Origin: Dehalococcoidia bacterium
GTDB taxonomy: Bacteria > Chloroflexota > Dehalococcoidia > Plut-88900
Direction: 5' to 3'
NCBI GenBank assembly: GCA_965197645.1
Contig: OZ240219.1
Span: forward strand, 1,184,001 to 1,248,000
DNA: 64,000 nucleotides
Part shown: piece after piece, positions 50,991-61,133 of the stretch
Layout: each line of letters opens with the position of its first letter
How positions within the stretch are numbered: the stretch's first letter is position 1
Translations under genes and position numbers: made by a program
Notes under the pieces: generated by a model
Told to the model about the DNA's origin: nothing
What the model saw: the letters and a program-made list of their open reading frames with translations, nothing else
Database searches by the model: none

Positions 50991-52211
50991 ATGGCCAGCC
51001 CCGCGAAAAAGAGATTTCTGGTTGGACAGAACACCGTCGATTTCGAAGGCAGGGTTGACGTTCCCCGGCTGAAGAAAGAGCGCTTGGCCCGATTACAGGA
51101 CCAGATGACCGAGGCGGACCTCGGCGGCATGCTCTTGTTCGATCCGGTCAACATCCGCTACGCCACCGGAGACAGGAATTCCGGCGCGGCGGCCATGAGG
51201 ATGTTCATGGGATACTCGGTGGTGCCTGCCGAAGGAGAACCGGTTGTAGTAGGAGCGACAACCGACGACGGCTCCTACGCCGTAGCGAAGGGCACCATGT
51301 GGGACTACTTCCCCTGCGGCCGCAACGTGGAAGCCGCCGCCAGAAAATGGGGGGCCGACGTCAAGGACCTGATGATCCAGATGGGGTTCGGTGGGGAGCG
51401 TCTGGGAGTCGACAAGCTGGACTTCTACTCGATGGAGTCCTTGCGAGGACAAGAGATAGAGGTCGCCGATGCCCGCGTGCCCCTGGAGAAGGCCCGGGCC
51501 ATCAAGACCGAGGACGAGGTGCTCCTGATCCGCCAGGCCTGCGCTATAGCCGACATAGCCATCTGTGCCGTTCGGGACGCCATAAAGCCGGGAGTTACCG
51601 AGGACGAGTTGTTCGCCATCATGACCTATGAGAACCTGAAACGGGGCGGCGAGCATATGGACGTTCGGCTGTTGGCCACCGGCGAGAACACAAATCCTTG
51701 GACCCACCTCGCCACGGATCGGATGGTGATGCCGGGAGAGCTGGTTGCCTACGACACCGACATGGCCGGTCCCATGGGTTACTTCGCCGATTTCTCCCGT
51801 ACCTACCTCTGCGGCACCGGCAGACCAAACGAGGATCAGCTGGAAGCGTACAAGATCGCCTATAACTTCATCTATGAGTCGTTGGAGCACTTCAAGCCTG
51901 GAATGTACTTCCAGGAGATCGCCGAGAGGTGCCCCGAGCTTCCCGAGGAGTACAAGTACCAGCGTTACCCCATGATCGCCCACGGCGACGGCATGTCCGA
52001 CGAGTGGCCCTGTGTCTACTGGACCGACCAGAGCTGGAGCGGCTACGGCAACGATCCCGACGTCCTGGAGGAAAACATGGTGCTCAGCGTCGAGGGACTG
52101 GCCAGCAAGCGGGGGGCTTACGAAAGCGTGAAGCTGGAGGAGGAGGTACTCATCACCAAGGACGGCCCCGAGATCCTCTCTCACGCCCCCTTCGACGAGC
52201 GGTTCTTCTAG
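50991..52211 (+). CDS. M24 family metallopeptidase-fold protein (DddP-like)
   Basis: LLFDPVNIRYAT, ARAIK..DE, RLL.TG.NTNPW, DTD..G..GY.AD.SRT, HG.G..DEWP, VE, KLEEEVLIT. Confidence 0.85.
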   Translation: MASPAKKRFLVGQNTVDFEGRVDVPRLKKERLARLQDQMTEADLGGMLLFDPVNIRYATGDRNSGAAAMRMFMGYSVVPAEGEPVVVGATTDDGSYAVAKGTMWDYFPCGRNVEAAARKWGADVKDLMIQMGFGGERLGVDKLDFYSMESLRGQEIEVADARVPLEKARAIKTEDEVLLIRQACAIADIAICAVRDAIKPGVTEDELFAIMTYENLKRGGEHMDVRLLATGENTNPWTHLATDRMVMPGELVAYDTDMAGPMGYFADFSRTYLCGTGRPNEDQLEAYKIAYNFIYESLEHFKPGMYFQEIAERCPELPEEYKYQRYPMIAHGDGMSDEWPCVYWTDQSWSGYGNDPDVLEENMVLSVEGLASKRGAYESVKLEEEVLITKDGPEILSHAPFDERFF

Positions 52212-52223
52212 CCTGAATCGGCG

Positions 52224-53345
52224 TTAGGGGTGGGAATGGGTCTCCAGGGCGCTGATCTCCTGGCTGCGCAAGGCGTGGGCGACCTCTTCCCCGGACGCCT
52301 CGTCCTTCTCAGCCCAGGCCCTGACCAGGCCGAAAGCCCCGGTTAGCATCATGTCGCCGTAGGGCGCGGCAAAGTAGGGGTGCAAGGGAGAGTTGTTCAG
52401 CAGGTGCCGCTGCGGGCCCGTCACCGAGAGAAAGGCGTCGCAGTCCCCTTTTTCCAGGGTGATGGCGCCGTGGCCGTGGTCCAGCCAGACTTCTTGATCG
52501 TCCAGAGCACCCTTCACCAGGCGCCGCAGGTAGGACTCGAGCTTGCTCTGATCGAAGAGCCCGGTATGGTGCTCGAACAGGCTCTGGATCGTGGTGTCAT
52601 GGAGGTGGAAAGCCAGGGTGTGACCGTTGCCCAGGTTGGTTATCACCTTGCAACTCTGGGCAGCAACGTGATCGTCCTCAAGCGCGCCGACCAGTGCAGC
52701 CTCCGCGGTGTCCATCAGCAGCACCTCCGAATCGCCGGCGCACTCCACTACGGCTCTCATTCGGGTCATATAGTCGGGTATCTCGTGGCGGAGGTAGGCG
52801 AAATCGGCGATTGCCAGCTGCCGGTTGCCGATCTGCTTTCGCAGGTGATCGAACCGGAACTTCCTGTCCGAGTACCCTGCCGGTGCGAAACCGTGATCGA
52901 AGACGGCAACCGCAACAACGTCCCAATCGGGTCTGACGTCGAAAGCGATTAGTGCCGCGCCCACCATCTCGAGGTCCAGGTCTCTAAGCTCGACCCGGCC
53001 GGCGTCCGGCAACGAGTTGATCTCGTCGAGGCTGGCCAGGGTAACGCCCATCTCTTTGACCACGTCCATGTCGTCATCGAAGGTGGCGGCCGCTTCCGGC
53101 GTGGCGAAAACGGGAAACCCCGCCCTCTTGTGGTGGATTGTAGCCTCGGTGACGGGGCCGCCTCCCATGTTGACGCCGGTGAGGGCCAGGGGCTTCTGGG
53201 CTCGCGTGACCTCTTGGATCCGCTGGCCGGCGATGACCGTGGGCGCAGGCATCACCATCTTGATGCAGTTTTCCACGCTCTTCGTAGAGTCGAACAGGAG
53301 GATGTCCTGGGTACCGGTGCCTACGTCCAGCGCGAGAATCTTCAC
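52224..53345 (-). CDS. DUF1786 family protein (ASKHA-like)
   Basis: MKILALDVGTGTQDILL, ENC.KMVMP.PT, MGGGP, DHG..P...SDRKFRF, GNGHT, EHHT, GDMMLTG.FGL. Confidence 0.8.
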   Translation of the reverse strand: MKILALDVGTGTQDILLFDSTKSVENCIKMVMPAPTVIAGQRIQEVTRAQKPLALTGVNMGGGPVTEATIHHKRAGFPVFATPEAAATFDDDMDVVKEMGVTLASLDEINSLPDAGRVELRDLDLEMVGAALIAFDVRPDWDVVAVAVFDHGFAPAGYSDRKFRFDHLRKQIGNRQLAIADFAYLRHEIPDYMTRMRAVVECAGDSEVLLMDTAEAALVGALEDDHVAAQSCKVITNLGNGHTLAFHLHDTTIQSLFEHHTGLFDQSKLESYLRRLVKGALDDQEVWLDHGHGAITLEKGDCDAFLSVTGPQRHLLNNSPLHPYFAAPYGDMMLTGAFGLVRAWAEKDEASGEEVAHALRSQEISALETHSHP

Positions 53346-53361
53346 GACGAACTGAGCCCGG

Positions 53362-53928
53362 CTACACCCGTTTTGCCCGGCGGGACTTGTCCTTGTGGAT
53401 CCGCTCGTCTTCCCAGAGCCGAGAGAATGCCAGGGCCCGGGGGCAGTGGCCGTAGGACTCTTCCACCTCTATCAGCAGGCCCTGGAGCACCTTGGAGTTG
53501 TCATCGGGGTTGTTGACCTCCAGGTGTATCGACAGCCGCTCCAGCTCCTCCTTGTTCACGATCTTGACGCGTCCGTTGACGCGGACCGTGTCCCGTATGC
53601 CCGGGATGAAGAAGATCAGCCCGACGTGAGGGTTGGCCGCGACGTTCTGATAGGATTGGAACAGATTGTTGCCGGCTACGTCCGGCAGCAGGAGGCGTCG
53701 GTCGTCCAGCACCTTGACGAAGCCGGGCTTACCCCCCTTGGGCGAGGCGTCGCAGTTGCCGCCGGTATCGCTGCTGGCCATTACCAGGAAGGGCGATTGG
53801 CGGATGAACTCCTTCAGATCGTCCTCTAGGTAGTCTTTCACCTTGAGGGCCGGGCGCTCCTTGGGGAAGCCGAACTCGCGGGTGAACCTGTTATCGAAGG
53901 TAGCCTCGATCTCCACGGCATCTACCAT
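53362..53928 (-). CDS. Pyridoxamine 5'-phosphate oxidase-like FMN-binding protein (MSMEG_1061-like)
   Basis: FI.QSPF, CDASPKGG.PGFV.VLD, PD.AGNN, VGLIFFIPG..TVRVNG, HCPRA. Confidence 0.88.
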   Translation of the reverse strand: MVDAVEIEATFDNRFTREFGFPKERPALKVKDYLEDDLKEFIRQSPFLVMASSDTGGNCDASPKGGKPGFVKVLDDRRLLLPDVAGNNLFQSYQNVAANPHVGLIFFIPGIRDTVRVNGRVKIVNKEELERLSIHLEVNNPDDNSKVLQGLLIEVEESYGHCPRALAFSRLWEDERIHKDKSRRAKRV

Positions 53929-54039
53929 CTGCTGTTCCTTTCCAGTAGCTGATTAGTTGACTATACCACCCCGTCGGCGCCATTCCAAATCACGGCATCC
54001 GCCGGTTCGTCAAAGTCTTAGTAGGGTACCGTTAAACTC

Positions 54040-54213
54040 ATTCGCGACTATCCCCCTGGCTCCCTTCCTGACTGGTGTACAGACCGGAGACATAGGTTAC
54101 ACCTATAGGCATGAAATCGAACCAGGAGGCGATCCATCTAGTCGACAACGGTCCTCCCTGGGGGCAGGTACCCCATACCCCCTGCCGAGGGGAAGTTTCC
54201 CTCTGGACTCCCT
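54040..54213. repeat. Degenerate intergenic repeat modules
   Basis: TTCGCGACTATCCCCCTGGCTCCCTTCCTG (family A end, reverse) and GGGGGCAGGTACCCCATACCCCCTGCC..CCCTCTGGACTCCC (similar to 26181-26230). Confidence 0.6.
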
Positions 54214-54264
54214 CAATACTAGGTTCCGAGACAGGCTTGAAATAACCGAACCCCCGGGATTCTC

Positions 54265-54651
54265 CTAGGAGTCCGGATCGAGGACTTCCAGGCCGGTCTC
54301 GGCGGCCCAGGCCTGTAGGCCGCGGCGGAAGGCAAGCATGCCCATGGGCATCACGACGCATTCCATCGCCTCCAACACCTCTTGGGGCGTGGCGCCGTGC
54401 TCGATGGCGAGGCGTATGTGTCCCCGTATCTGGTCCACCTCGGCCTTGAGGGCGGTCTCAACGGTGAGCTGGATCAGCTCCTTGGTCTTGCGGTCCAGCA
54501 GCCGATCATCGGTGTAGGTGGCCCGGACAAAGGGATCGTAGGCCTTTACCCAGTCCAGATCGGCTGTTATCAGGATCTTGTGCATATCCACCAGATAGCC
54601 CCGATTTTGTCGTATCCTTTCCATGTAGTCTCGTTTTTCCTGGGTTGTCAT
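54265..54651 (-). CDS. Carboxymuconolactone decarboxylase (AhpD-like) family protein
   Basis: AAGGAG SD; LDRKTKELI, H.RLA..HGAT.QEV.E. Confidence 0.88.
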   Translation of the reverse strand: MTTQEKRDYMERIRQNRGYLVDMHKILITADLDWVKAYDPFVRATYTDDRLLDRKTKELIQLTVETALKAEVDQIRGHIRLAIEHGATPQEVLEAMECVVMPMGMLAFRRGLQAWAAETGLEVLDPDS

Positions 54652-54714
54652 TAGGCTCCTTTCGTTTCGGCGTACCATTGGATATTCTGTAAGTGTAAAG
54701 CCTGGGAGGTAAGA

Positions 54715-55077
54715 ATGCTTACGGTAAACAACAAGAACGTCGATAAGCGTGCAGTCAAGGTCATCGAGGGGCGGGACGTCGAAGGTAACGTGGGGCTGAA
54801 AGCGCTCATGAGCGGCGAGCATATGGTCCTGCTGGAGATACATTGCGAGGCGGGGTCCGGCACGCCGGTCCACACCCACAACCACGAGTCGCTTTGCTAC
54901 ATCGTGCGCGGCACAGCGCGGGCCACGGTGGGCGACCAGGTCAGCATCGTAGGTCCTGGCGACGTCTGCCGGCATCCGGAGGACGTACCCCACAGCATCG
55001 AGGCTATCGAGGACCTGGTTATAGTGGAGGTCAAGTCCCCCGCGCCCGATTTGAGTAAGTTCCTGGGTGTTGAGTAG
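54715..55077 (+). CDS. Cupin domain protein
   Basis: GGAGG SD; P.HTH.HE...Y...G, GPGD...HP.DVPH. Confidence 0.92.
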   Translation: MLTVNNKNVDKRAVKVIEGRDVEGNVGLKALMSGEHMVLLEIHCEAGSGTPVHTHNHESLCYIVRGTARATVGDQVSIVGPGDVCRHPEDVPHSIEAIEDLVIVEVKSPAPDLSKFLGVE

Positions 55078-55106
55078 AGGCCCGGCAGGCTGTGTGGTCC
55101 GGCCAA

Positions 55107-55208
55107 TCAACCGTCCTCGGTCACTCCGCAGTAGGGTAAACCGAGATCGTGGAAATTCCTGCTCGACACACCTCGCAGCTCATCGGGGATGCAGCCAGTT
55201 AACCGGTT
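55107..55208 (-). pseudogene. Out-of-frame second copy of the LRR C-terminal cap
   Basis: Reads NRLTGCIPDELRGVSSRNFHDLGLPYCGVTEDG*, homologous to NQLTGCIPDKLRDVRSNDLETLGLPYC of the adjacent gene. Confidence 0.7.
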
Positions 55209-56728
55209 TCCGCCTCCGGCACCGATCTGTTAAGGCAGTAGGGTAGACCGAGAGTTTCAAGGTCGTTAGAGCGTACATCCCGCAGTTTATCGGGGATACA
55301 GCCGGTTAACTGGTTGCCAGAGAGGAACAACTCATACAGGTTGTCGAGGTTGCCCAGTTCTGCCGGAATCTCCCCGCTCAACTGGTTGCCAGAGAGGAAC
55401 AACTCATACAGGTTGGCGAGGCTGCCCAGTTCTGCCGGAATCTCCCCGCTCAACTGGTTATCTGAGAGGAACAACTCATACAGGTTGTCGAGGTTGCCCA
55501 ACTCCGGCGGTATCTCCCCGGTCAATTCGTTCTCGCTGAGGCTCAGTAGTTCCAAGTTAGCGAGGTTGCCCAGCTCCGGCGGTATCTCTCCGCTCAACTG
55601 GTTCGAGGAGAGGTGCAGCCATTGCAGGTTGGCGAGGTTGCCCAACTCGGCGGGTATTTCCCTAGCCAACTCGTTAAGCCTAAGATCCAGTACTCCCAGG
55701 TTGACGAGGTTGCCCAGCTCTGACGGGATCTCCCCGCTCAACTGGTTTGCCTTGATGTCCAGCCATTGCAGCTTGGTTAGGTTGCCCAACTCCGGCGGTA
55801 TCTCCCCGCCCAACTGATTTGCCTTGATGTCCAGTACTTGCAGCTTGGTTAGGTTGCCCAGCTCCGGCGGTATCTCCCCACTCAACTTGTTACCGAAAAG
55901 GGACAGCGTTGTCAGCTTGGTGAGCTTGCCCAGCTCGGGAGGTATTTCTCCGCTCAACCGATTATCGTTGAGGTCCAGCACCGTCAGGTTGGCGAGATTG
56001 CCTAGCTCCGGCGGTATCTTCCCACTCAGATAGCTACCGTAAAGGTACAGCCGTTTCAAGTTGGTGAGATTACCCAACTCCGGCGGTATCTCCTCGTTCA
56101 GCCAGGTTTGGGAGAGATTCAGCCCTCTCAGGTTGACGAGGTTGCCCAACTGGGGTGGTATCGCTCCCCTCAACCGGTTAGCGTTAAGGGACAGCACTGT
56201 CAGGTTGACGAGGCTGCCCAGCTCCGGTGGTATCTCCCCACTCAACTTGTTACCGCCGAGGTTAAGCTTTGTCAGGTTGGTGAGGTTACCCAGCTCCGGC
56301 GGTATCTCCCAGCCCAAATTGTTTTGATCGAGGTGCAATTCAACAACGCGGCCATTATCATCGGTGACGACTCCATACCAGTCATCGATCGGCGCGTCGC
56401 TCAGCCAGTTTGTCGTATTAGCCCAGTAATTGCCTAGCGTGGCATTGTAGAGGGCGATCAGTGTTTCCATGTCGGTTTCGGCCGAGGTTTGTAGCAGCAG
56501 GGGCGTAGCCGTGGCAGTAGGCGTTGGTGTTGGAGTGGGCGTCACATCCATGACTTCCGGCGAGGGCTGCGCAGGGGTGGGTGTAGCCGTGGCTGTGGGC
56601 ATGGGCGTCGAGGTGGGCGTGGTGTCTTCCACGGACGCCGGGCCGCCGCGGCAGGCGGCGAGAGCAGCGACGATGAGCACCGCTGCCAGGGCAACGGACC
56701 ACCTTAGACCCAGAAAGCGAGCCCTCAT
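55199..56728 (-). CDS. Leucine-rich repeat lipoprotein (plant-specific-type 24-aa LRR)
   Basis: Lipobox LAA-C, PT linker, N-cap (ALYNAT.G..W...NWL..W.GV), ~15 repeats of LxLxxNxLSGEIPPELGNLxxL, Cys C-cap. Confidence 0.93.
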   Translation of the reverse strand: MRARFLGLRWSVALAAVLIVAALAACRGGPASVEDTTPTSTPMPTATATPTPAQPSPEVMDVTPTPTPTPTATATPLLLQTSAETDMETLIALYNATLGNYWANTTNWLSDAPIDDWYGVVTDDNGRVVELHLDQNNLGWEIPPELGNLTNLTKLNLGGNKLSGEIPPELGSLVNLTVLSLNANRLRGAIPPQLGNLVNLRGLNLSQTWLNEEIPPELGNLTNLKRLYLYGSYLSGKIPPELGNLANLTVLDLNDNRLSGEIPPELGKLTKLTTLSLFGNKLSGEIPPELGNLTKLQVLDIKANQLGGEIPPELGNLTKLQWLDIKANQLSGEIPSELGNLVNLGVLDLRLNELAREIPAELGNLANLQWLHLSSNQLSGEIPPELGNLANLELLSLSENELTGEIPPELGNLDNLYELFLSDNQLSGEIPAELGSLANLYELFLSGNQLSGEIPAELGNLDNLYELFLSGNQLTGCIPDKLRDVRSNDLETLGLPYCLNRSVPEAETG

Positions 56729-56785
56729 TTCATCCTCCCGTGTTTCCCTCGGTTTCGGGATACCGCCAATCAGCCGGGCCCGACC

Positions 56786-58636
56786 CTACTCCTGCTCGCG
56801 CCGGCGAATGAGCCGCGTTGGCGTGTCCGCGATGTAGCCGGAGAGGTTCAACGCCGTGTGAATGAGTCCGATGTGCGAGTACGCCTGCGGGAAGTTGCCC
56901 AGTTGGCGGTTCGTTGAGGGATCGATCATCTCCGCGAACAGGCCGAGGTGGTTGGAACACCGGGTGATCGTCTCATGGAACAGGTCGAGGGCTTTGTCAG
57001 CCTGCCCCGTGTAGATAAAGTTGCCCAGCAGCCAGAAGCTCAGCAGAGTAAAAGCACCCTCCGGCTGCGCTCCTAGACCGTCGTCCGTCTCTTCCGGGTC
57101 GTAGCGCCACACCAGCGGTCCATCTGCCAGCTCCCGCTCGATGGCATCCAGGTTCTTCCGCACCCGCGGGTCCTCGGCGGGAATGAACCCGAAGAAGGGT
57201 ATGGCGAGGTTGGAGGCATCCAGGGCATCGCTGTTGTACCGCTGCCGGAACGCCTGTTTCGATTCGCTCCACCCGAGGTCGAGCGCCTCCGTCTTGATGA
57301 GGAAGGCCGTCTGCGCCCAGCGCCGGTAGTGCCTCCGCTGCTCCACCGCTGCTGCGATGTACGCAGCCGTGTCTAAAGCGGACCAGCACAGTACCTTCGA
57401 GTAGACGAAGTGCTGTGGCTCTCCCCGCACCTCCCAGACCCCTTGATCGCGGCGCTGCCAGTTCTCGATGACCATTTCCGCCAAGGTACAGACCAGGTCC
57501 CACGCCTCCTCCGGTATCTCGCCCTCCAGCACCAGCAGCGAGTGGATCGACGCGATGACTTCGCCGAACACGTCCAACTGCAGGTGCTCGGCGGCGGCGT
57601 TGCCGATGCGCACGGGCCGGGAATCTTCGTAGCCGCGCAGGTGATCGAGAATCTCCTCCTCAAGTGACGACGACTCCGTGATCCCGTACAAAATACGAGG
57701 GTGGCTGATGTGCAACCGGCACTGCTCTATCAGCCAGTGGATGTAGTGGTCTGCTCCGTACACATCTCCGAGCCGGTAAAGGACGTCGACGGTGAAGCTG
57801 GTGTCCCGCAGCCATGAGTAGCGATAGTCCCAGTTCCGGGACCCGCCCAGCGTCTCGGGCAGGCTTGTCGTCGGTGCAGCGACAATGGCCCCGGTGCCGC
57901 GGTACATCATCAGGTGCAAAACCAGGAATGATCGCACCACCTGCTCGCGCCACAGGCCGCTGTAATGCATCCCTGCTACGAGGCCCTGCCAGTATCTCCG
58001 CGTCAGTTCCAGCTTTTCCTGGGTGCGGTACTGCTCGAGACTTGCCGGTCTTCCGTTGCCGTACGCCATTACGAAGGTTGCCGACTCACCCTGCGATAGT
58101 GAGAATTCCCCGTTTACGCCATCGGCGCCAACCGACAGTGAGACGTTGCTCAGCAGCGTCATGCTCTGTTGGCCGCCATTAGTCTCGACCGCGATGCCGT
58201 CGACGTTGCGACGGCGCTGGCGAAACACGGGCATGGCGCGAGCGTAATCGTGCCGGGGCTCATATTCACAGCGCATTTCCACGCTGCCGGACGTACACGT
58301 GACGATGCGATGGAGCTCCGGAGGAAAAGCGGGGTTCGTGTCGGGCTTGCCATCCTTGTCGTTATCTTGAATGGGCATAAAGTCAACAACCTTCACAATG
58401 CCGCCGGGAGCAGTAAAGGTGGTCTCCAGTATGTTGGTGTTCTCAATGTAAACCTGGCGCGAGTCTGTGTACGCGCCGCTGGGCCGGATGCGAAACCGGC
58501 CGCCCATGTCCTTGTCGAGGATGGACGCGAAGACGCTGGGTGAGTCGAATCGAGGCAGACAGCACCAATCAACGGAGCCATCGGTACTGACCAGTGCCGC
58601 CGAGGACATGTCACCAATCAGCCCGTAGTTGTACAT
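56786..58636 (-). CDS. Glycoside hydrolase family 15 (trehalase/glucoamylase-like)
   Basis: YGLIGD, DWCCLPRFDSPS, GAIVAAPTTSLPE..GG.RNWDYRY.W.RD, QLDVFGE, GNFPQAYSH. Confidence 0.95.
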   Translation of the reverse strand: MYNYGLIGDMSSAALVSTDGSVDWCCLPRFDSPSVFASILDKDMGGRFRIRPSGAYTDSRQVYIENTNILETTFTAPGGIVKVVDFMPIQDNDKDGKPDTNPAFPPELHRIVTCTSGSVEMRCEYEPRHDYARAMPVFRQRRRNVDGIAVETNGGQQSMTLLSNVSLSVGADGVNGEFSLSQGESATFVMAYGNGRPASLEQYRTQEKLELTRRYWQGLVAGMHYSGLWREQVVRSFLVLHLMMYRGTGAIVAAPTTSLPETLGGSRNWDYRYSWLRDTSFTVDVLYRLGDVYGADHYIHWLIEQCRLHISHPRILYGITESSSLEEEILDHLRGYEDSRPVRIGNAAAEHLQLDVFGEVIASIHSLLVLEGEIPEEAWDLVCTLAEMVIENWQRRDQGVWEVRGEPQHFVYSKVLCWSALDTAAYIAAAVEQRRHYRRWAQTAFLIKTEALDLGWSESKQAFRQRYNSDALDASNLAIPFFGFIPAEDPRVRKNLDAIERELADGPLVWRYDPEETDDGLGAQPEGAFTLLSFWLLGNFIYTGQADKALDLFHETITRCSNHLGLFAEMIDPSTNRQLGNFPQAYSHIGLIHTALNLSGYIADTPTRLIRRREQE

Positions 58637-58908
58637 ATCGCCTCCTCGACGTTAGGGGTATGGCGGTTGAACTATTCTAGCATCCCATAGCCATGAGACC
58701 CAATCCGGGTTACTGGACTTTGTCTCCCAAATCGTGAGCACCGGCTGCACGGGCCCTCAGGGCGCGAACAGGTCCACGGTGCCCTCCGTGAGATATACTA
58801 CAGCCCGCTAACAGCAGGTTCACGGCTCAACTCGGCGCTCAATCTTCATGCCAATGACAACCTATTCGCAAGGTGTGGCTATGGATGCGGAAAGGAGGTC
58901 CTCTCTTA

Positions 58909-60555
58909 TTGGAACTCCATGAGTCCCTTTTTTCTATTGGCCTGCTAATCGTTTCGGCCAAGCTGTTTGAGGGCATATTCAAGCGCTTCGGTCTAAATGC
59001 CTTCATCGCGTATGCCGCTGCCGGTATCGTCGTCGGTCCGGCAACCGGGCTGGTGGAGTCGGGTACCGAAGTCGAAATCATTTTGGGCCTCGGCATATTC
59101 ATATTCTTCTTTCTCGTCGGCTTGGAGGAGCTGGACATAAGGGGATTCTTAGCAGCTGTCCGAGGCCGCCTCTTCCTTGCTTCCGTTATGTCCTTGACCA
59201 TATCGCTGTTGGTATCCCTGGCCGTTACCACCGAGATATTCTTTGATTTGGGTCTGAACCTCGGGTTTTCTTATGCCTTGGGACTAGCCGGAGTGTTATC
59301 GCTGTCCAGCCTTGGAGTGGTCGCCAAGGTGCTAATTGACGAGGGACGTATCAAGGAGCCAGTGGGCGTTCAAATCTTTACAGCCGTGATCATCGCAGAG
59401 TTGATCGCTTTGTTCGTAGTCGGGTTCGCCATAAGCGAGCACTTCTACTCAGAGGGGCACGGTCATACTTTGCACTGGCTGAGCGTACTGACACTCATAG
59501 GGCAGATATTCGGCTTCACCCTGATTACTTGGATAGTTTCGACCAAGGTCCTTCCCAAGGTGATAGTCCTGCTGCATCACTTCTTGCGAGTGCCACAGCT
59601 TTCCTTCGGTCTGCTTTTGGGAGGACTCTTCCTGGTGGTGGTAGGAGCCGAGCGCTCCGGGCTTCACGGTTCCCTGGGAGCGCTGATGTTCGGCGCTGCC
59701 CTGTCTTCGCTTCCATACCAGGTGCGGCGCGACATTATGCCGGGAATGAAAGGAGCGGCCGAAGGATTCTTCGTTCCACTGTTTTTCGCCTCGGCGGGCC
59801 TTCACCTGAGCTTGGACTTCCTGAAACTACAGCCTGAGACGATACTGGCCTTGACGCTGGTGCCTCTGGCCGGCAAGTTCATCGGAGCCTTTCTCAGCGC
59901 ATACGTCACCCGTCTCCATGCTCCCTTCGCCACCGCCACGGGGCTAATGGCCAAGGGTGTGGCCGAGATTGCGCTATTGCTTGTGCTGATCCACACCGGG
60001 GCCATTGACAGTGGTGTCTTCTCCTTGCTGGTGCTCGTCATGTTCGGTTACATCCTGCTGACGCCCATTGGCATAAGCTTCGCGCTAAAGAAACTCAAGC
60101 ACTCTGAAGATGTCACTCCTCAAGGGCAAATGCCGCCTTCGCTGGTCCGGTTTGCCTTGGACGACGTCAGAGTACGCGACATTCTAGACGTGTCTCGAAG
60201 CCATCCTGAACGATCACTGACGGTCAAAACTTTTGCGGAAAACTGGCTGCTGCCCGAACAGCATGACTACGTGGTCGTGGATCATGGCAAACTGGTGGGG
60301 ATAGTATCAATAGGCATGTTGCGCTACCTTCCTCGCAGCCAGTGGGGACACACTTCTCTTGACAAGGTGCTGCGACGGAATACACCGCACGTCTACTCGG
60401 ACGAGCTGGTGGAGGATGCCTTGCAACGCATGACGGAGAATGCACTAACGGTGGTACCGGTTGAAGAGAGGGAAACGGGGGAGTTCGTTGGCTCTATCTC
60501 CAGCCATGAAGTACTGGAGCTACTCGTTTCGACCGCAAAGGGGCACGAAGTTTAA
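58909..60555 (+). CDS. Cation:proton antiporter (CPA2) with C-terminal CBS pair
   Basis: ~12 TM segments, GIVVGP, VGLEE, FFVPLFFASAG, GLMAKG; CBS motifs VVDHGKLVGIV and GEFVGSIS; TTG start after AAGGAGG. Confidence 0.9.
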   Translation: MELHESLFSIGLLIVSAKLFEGIFKRFGLNAFIAYAAAGIVVGPATGLVESGTEVEIILGLGIFIFFFLVGLEELDIRGFLAAVRGRLFLASVMSLTISLLVSLAVTTEIFFDLGLNLGFSYALGLAGVLSLSSLGVVAKVLIDEGRIKEPVGVQIFTAVIIAELIALFVVGFAISEHFYSEGHGHTLHWLSVLTLIGQIFGFTLITWIVSTKVLPKVIVLLHHFLRVPQLSFGLLLGGLFLVVVGAERSGLHGSLGALMFGAALSSLPYQVRRDIMPGMKGAAEGFFVPLFFASAGLHLSLDFLKLQPETILALTLVPLAGKFIGAFLSAYVTRLHAPFATATGLMAKGVAEIALLLVLIHTGAIDSGVFSLLVLVMFGYILLTPIGISFALKKLKHSEDVTPQGQMPPSLVRFALDDVRVRDILDVSRSHPERSLTVKTFAENWLLPEQHDYVVVDHGKLVGIVSIGMLRYLPRSQWGHTSLDKVLRRNTPHVYSDELVEDALQRMTENALTVVPVEERETGEFVGSISSHEVLELLVSTAKGHEV

Positions 60556-60644
60556 TCCACGGCTACCCCGGGTCTTCCAGTACTGCTACCATTGGCCGTT
60601 TGTGCATCGTTCTCTTAGTCTCGGCCAGGGAGACGGCACAGGCC

Positions 60645-61001
60645 TCAGTACATGATGAGATGTGTGGGAACCAGCCGCTGGGAGGTTGGGTCCACTGCCA
60701 GGGCCAGGCCCTCCAGGGTATACGCTCCCAGCAGCGGCGGGGCGTCGTCCTCTCCGAAGACCACGATGGTGACTACACTCTCGCCGTCTATCGTAGCCCA
60801 CGCCTGCCCGTAGTCCATCTCGACCCGCCGCCCATCGGCCAGCAGGAACGTACGCTTGCCCATCGGCTCAATTCCCAGCTCGTTCAGCAAGCTGGCAGGC
60901 AGCGTGGTGTAAGCGGCTCCGGTATCCACCGTCGCCTCTACGTCCCGGACCCGCTGGCCGTCCATGCTGGAAATCCGCACCGGCCACTCGAAAGTCCCCA
61001 T
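60645..61001 (-). CDS. Retropepsin-like (clan AA) aspartyl protease
   Basis: ATVDTGA, LADGR, LLGAYTLEGL.L.VDP. Confidence 0.88.
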   Translation of the reverse strand: MGTFEWPVRISSMDGQRVRDVEATVDTGAAYTTLPASLLNELGIEPMGKRTFLLADGRRVEMDYGQAWATIDGESVVTIVVFGEDDAPPLLGAYTLEGLALAVDPTSQRLVPTHLIMY

Positions 61002-61133
61002 GAAAGAAGCCTCACCACCGAAGTTTCTACCATCCCATTTTACTTCATCGAGAGCGCCCGATATAGGAGATTTCACCGCCGGTGACAGAGTTCAGCCGGA
61101 CCGAGTGGTTTTCTTGGGAATGGAGGAGAGCGC

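Noticed and set aside
60645-61001. Retroelement or prophage inferred from the retropepsin-like protease
   Set aside because: Single-domain clan AA proteases are common in bacteria; no reverse transcriptase, integrase or phage genes are nearby.
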